DNA of 8,881 nucleotides from a virus (Duplodnaviria; Heunggongvirae; Uroviricota; Caudoviricetes): IMG/VR virus record IMGVR_UViG_2529293214_000003, positions 1 to 8,881 of that record; one strand, 5' to 3'. Shown piece by piece: positions 6,975 to 8,881 of this stretch (position 1 is its first letter; each line of letters starts with the position of its first letter). The notes under the pieces were generated by a model. It saw only the letters and a program-made list of their open reading frames with translations, ran no database searches and was not told where the DNA came from. The position numbers and the translations under genes were made by a program.

Positions 6975-7014
6975 ACCGCTACACCCTTGGCAACCGCAAG
7001 CCAAGGATAGCGGT
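6975..7014. repeat. long bipartite hairpin / imperfect palindrome
   Basis: Outer arms ACCGCTA/TAGCGGT (6975-6981 / 7008-7014) and inner arms CCTTGGC/GCCAAGG (6985-6991 / 7000-7006), with an 8-nt apical loop. A further CCTGTT/AACAGG stem follows at about 7033-7050. Confidence 0.5.
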
Positions 7015-7076
7015 TCTCCCAACAAACTACAACCTGTTCGGGTAAACAGGCTGTATACAAAAACAGGAGAAAAGCT

Positions 7077-7211
7077 ATGGCTCACGATGTTAATCGCGAT
7101 GACTTCATCTACGAACACGACAAGCCGGTTTATGTGCGCAGTTACTGCCGCATACGTTTCGGTGAGCTCGAACATGTTCGTCAGCACTTCCGCTCTTATC
7201 CGAGCTGCTGA
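7077..7211 (+). CDS. candidate small protein (44 aa, His/Arg/Tyr-rich with two Cys)
   Basis: ATG at 7077 with an AGGAG Shine-Dalgarno 7 nt upstream and TGA at 7209-7211; translation MAHDVNRDDFIYEHDKPVYVRSYCRIRFGELEHVRQHFRSYPSC. A terminator follows. Below the ORF-track size cut-off, so not listed there. Confidence 0.4.
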   Translation: MAHDVNRDDFIYEHDKPVYVRSYCRIRFGELEHVRQHFRSYPSC

Positions 7212-7228
7212 AAATAACTAAATCTCAA

Positions 7229-7256
7229 ACCCGGCCACCGAGCCGGGTTTTCTTTG
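7229..7256 (+). terminator. rho-independent terminator after the small ORF
   Basis: Stem ACCCGGC/GCCGGGT (7229-7235 / 7242-7248), 6-nt loop, followed by TTTTCTTT. Confidence 0.7.
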
Positions 7257-7373
7257 CCTTACGATCCCCCCACCTAAAAAACATAACCAATTGTATTTAT
7301 TGATGTAACTCGCTAAACCATGCAGTTATGATCCCTGCCCCATCACCTTCATCCTCAACATTTACAAAAATAA

Positions 7374-7456
7374 AATACCTTTGTTATCCATTATTTATAA
7401 CTTATTTACCATGAATTATAAATTAAGTTATTGACCACACCTATAACCTGGGTTAT
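7374..7456. promoter_or_regulatory. OL operator cluster with PL promoter directed toward N
   Basis: Sites related to the OR consensus: ATAACctggGTTAT (7443-7456, perfect half-sites), ATAAAttaaGTTAT (7418-7431, one mismatch, 25 bp upstream), AATACctttGTTAT (7374-7387). TTGACC at 7431-7436 is a candidate -35 between and overlapping the sites. Confidence 0.6.
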
Positions 7457-7505
7457 CTTTAAGCCATCAGCAGGACGCTGGTAGCCAAACGGAACAGATT
7501 GGCAG

Positions 7506-7540
7506 GCTCTTTAACTTCGATGTGGCGCTGACAAAGCGCA
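7506..7540 (+). promoter_or_regulatory. nutL: boxA (7506-7515) and P22-type boxB hairpin (7524-7540)
   Basis: GCTCTTTAAC (boxA-like), then GCGCUGACAAAGCGC (4-bp stem GCGC/GCGC, loop UGACAAA), which matches the P22 boxB-left sequence as I remember it. Lies between PL and the N start. Confidence 0.7.
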
Positions 7541-7658
7541 AACAGATACCAAACGAGATGGGTTTGGCGGTGATGTGAATTGCAGCAGCAACGACAGCAA
7601 CCAGAAGATCAGCATCTGGCGCATCACCACCAAAGCCATTTCACATGAGGAAAATATC

Positions 7659-8000
7659 ATGACGGTAATCGTGTACGGGAAATCAACATTCGCAGGAAAT
7701 GCCAAAACTCGCCGTCATGAGCGGCGCAGAAAGCTGGCTATCGAGCGTGATTCCATCTGCAACATCATCGATTCGATCTTCGGCACAGACAGTGAGGAAG
7801 CTGTTCAGGAAGCCCCGAGAAAGCGTTTAAGCCTTTCTGAAAAAGCAATATCACTCGGAAGCCTTCGCTGCAAGAAGTCAAAGTCAGAAGAGGTCGAGCG
7901 TAAACAGAACCGTATTTACTACCGCAAGCCACGCAGTGAAATGGGTGTGACTTGTGTTGGTCGCCAGAAAATGAAATTAGGCAGCAAACCACTTATTTGA
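7659..8000 (+). CDS. N: N-family transcription antiterminator (P22 gene 24-like), 113 aa from the ATG at 7659
   Basis: MTVIVYGKSTFAGNAKTRRHERRRKLAIERDSICNIIDSIFG closely matches the P22 N arginine-rich boxB-binding motif (GNAKTRRHERRRKLAIERD) as I remember it. GAGG Shine-Dalgarno 9 nt upstream of 7659. The track start at 7575 adds 28 unsupported codons. Confidence 0.85.
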   Translation: MTVIVYGKSTFAGNAKTRRHERRRKLAIERDSICNIIDSIFGTDSEEAVQEAPRKRLSLSEKAISLGSLRCKKSKSEEVERKQNRIYYRKPRSEMGVTCVGRQKMKLGSKPLI

Positions 8001-8011
8001 GAGGAATTAAT

Positions 8012-8635
8012 ATGTCATCAATCCGCTTAACTACGAGAATGAAAGAGGAAATCGCTCGTAACGCTTTAATTAAGTCCGGGGTGTTCACTGAACTTGAAGA
8101 AGTAACAAAGTTAAAGAACCAGCTTGCACTTGACGCCAGAGTTATTGCGTTTGGCGGTAAAAAGAAAACTGAGGAAGTGGATCAGTTATCATCCAAGTTG
8201 GTAGCTATAAGTGAAGAACTTGGAAAGATGGGATGTTCATTTTACTCATACGATGTTAGTTCTACTTCAATTTATCTGACTGTATCTGGCAGAAGGGTTG
8301 GATGGCATTCATATGGGAAAGACGGCAACGGCAAAGATATATTGCTCCCTACTCCGATCAAAGATAAATGCATGTTTGACGCAGAACACGAAATAACAAA
8401 AAGGTTTGATGAAATCTGCGCATTGCAACAAAAACTTGAAGCCAAGAAAAAGGATATCGAATCAAATGTATGGGCTGCTTTGAACTCAGTCACAACAGTT
8501 AAGCGACTTATTGAAGTTTGGCCTGAAAGCAAAGAATTGCTACCAAAAGAAGCAGATAAAGCAAGTACAGCACTTCCTGCTTTACGGGTAGAAGATTTGA
8601 ATAAGATGATTGGACTTCCTTCCGAGGCCGCATAG
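8012..8635 (+). CDS. hypothetical protein (207 aa from the ATG at 8012), first gene after N in the PL operon
   Basis: ATG at 8012 with a GAGG Shine-Dalgarno 8 nt upstream, 11 nt after the N stop; in frame with track ORF 7952..8635. No transmembrane segment. Visibly more AT-rich than the flanking genes. Family not recognised. Confidence 0.7.
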   Translation: MSSIRLTTRMKEEIARNALIKSGVFTELEEVTKLKNQLALDARVIAFGGKKKTEEVDQLSSKLVAISEELGKMGCSFYSYDVSSTSIYLTVSGRRVGWHSYGKDGNGKDILLPTPIKDKCMFDAEHEITKRFDEICALQQKLEAKKKDIESNVWAALNSVTTVKRLIEVWPESKELLPKEADKASTALPALRVEDLNKMIGLPSEAA

Positions 8636-8650
8636 TCGGCCTTTATTTTT
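8625..8650 (+). terminator. terminator-like hairpin overlapping the stop codon of the 207-aa gene
   Basis: AGGCCG catagt CGGCCT (6-bp stem; the loop contains the TAG stop at 8633-8635), followed by TTATTTTT. Confidence 0.55.
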
Positions 8651-8679
8651 GGCATAAACAACAGAATAAATACTGCACT

Positions 8680-8707
8680 GTGTATTCATTCCAACGAGTG
8701 AATACAC
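8680..8707. repeat. perfect 9-bp inverted repeat GTGTATTCA-N10-TGAATACAC
   Basis: Arms at 8680-8688 and 8699-8707 are exact reverse complements. Located in the intergenic region after the 207-aa gene. Confidence 0.55.
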
Positions 8708-8769
8708 GGAGCAATGTCGCTCGTAACTAAACAGGAGCCGACTTGTTCTGATTATTGGAAATCTTCTTT

Positions 8770-8795
8770 GCCCTCCAGTGTGAGGGCCTTTTTAT
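8770..8795 (+). terminator. rho-independent terminator
   Basis: GCCCTC cagtgt GAGGGC (6-bp GC-rich stem) followed by CTTTTTAT. Confidence 0.65.
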
Positions 8796-8856
8796 ATGCA
8801 TACCAATAACGCTTCACTCGAGGCGTTTTTCGTTATGTATAAATAAGGAGCACACC

Positions 8857-8881
8857 ATGCAATATGCCATTGCAGGGTGGC
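8857..8881 (+). CDS. hypothetical protein, N-terminal fragment (gene continues past window end)
   Basis: ATG at 8857 with a strong AAGGAG Shine-Dalgarno 7 nt upstream; visible translation MQYAIAGW. Same strand as the PL operon. Confidence 0.35.

Noticed and set aside
6930..7030. Possible tRNA (GGTTC-like motif near 7012-7016)
   Set aside because: I could not build a cloverleaf: no acceptor stem pairing and no anticodon arm at the right spacing. The hairpins are better described as palindromes.
6323..7221. ORFs 6323..6550 (+), 6648..6845 (-), 6851..7060 (-), 6961..7221 (+) and 6969..7187 (-)
   Set aside because: They overlap the 177-aa gene or run through terminators and palindromes, with no start signals. 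The 44-aa ORF at 7077..7211 is the only frame here with an RBS.
7283..7296. Possible fourth operator ATAACcaatTGTAT
   Set aside because: The second half-site matches only 3 of 5 positions and it lies about 80 bp from the OL cluster; probably chance.
7575..7658. 5' extension of the N ORF from 7575
   Set aside because: The N-protein similarity begins at MTVIVYGK (ATG 7659, with RBS); the extra 28 codons have no RBS.
7511..8661. Minus-strand ORFs 7511..7705, 7765..7992 and 8272..8661
   Set aside because: Antisense to nutL/N and the 207-aa gene; no RBS, and they would run against the PL operon.

Overview
This window reads as the early/immunity region of a lambdoid prophage with a P22-type mosaic, and almost all of it is coding or regulatory. 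Rightward operon on the minus strand (high to low coordinates): OR/PR, cro-like (4758..4982), nutR, cII (4355..4651), an extra 90-aa ORF (4060..4332), lambda-O-like replication initiator with an embedded iteron origin (3110..4057), a DnaB-family helicase interrupted by an intein with a LAGLIDADG homing endonuclease (720..3113), an 89-aa ORF, a terminator, a small two-helix membrane protein, and the start of another gene. Plus strand: cI-type repressor (5094..5801), an accessory module in the position that rexAB occupies in lambda (113-aa gene, 177-aa gene, structured region plus 44-aa ORF), then OL/PL, nutL, a P22-type N antiterminator (7659..8000), an unrecognised AT-rich 207-aa gene, terminators and a gene start at the window end. 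The best candidate for an undescribed system is the non-Rex cargo between cI and OL (5839..7256); the 207-aa gene after N and the intein are the next most interesting. All calls come from reading the sequence and from memory of phage lambda/P22 biology; no searches or computations were run, and coordinates of short motifs may be off by a base or two.
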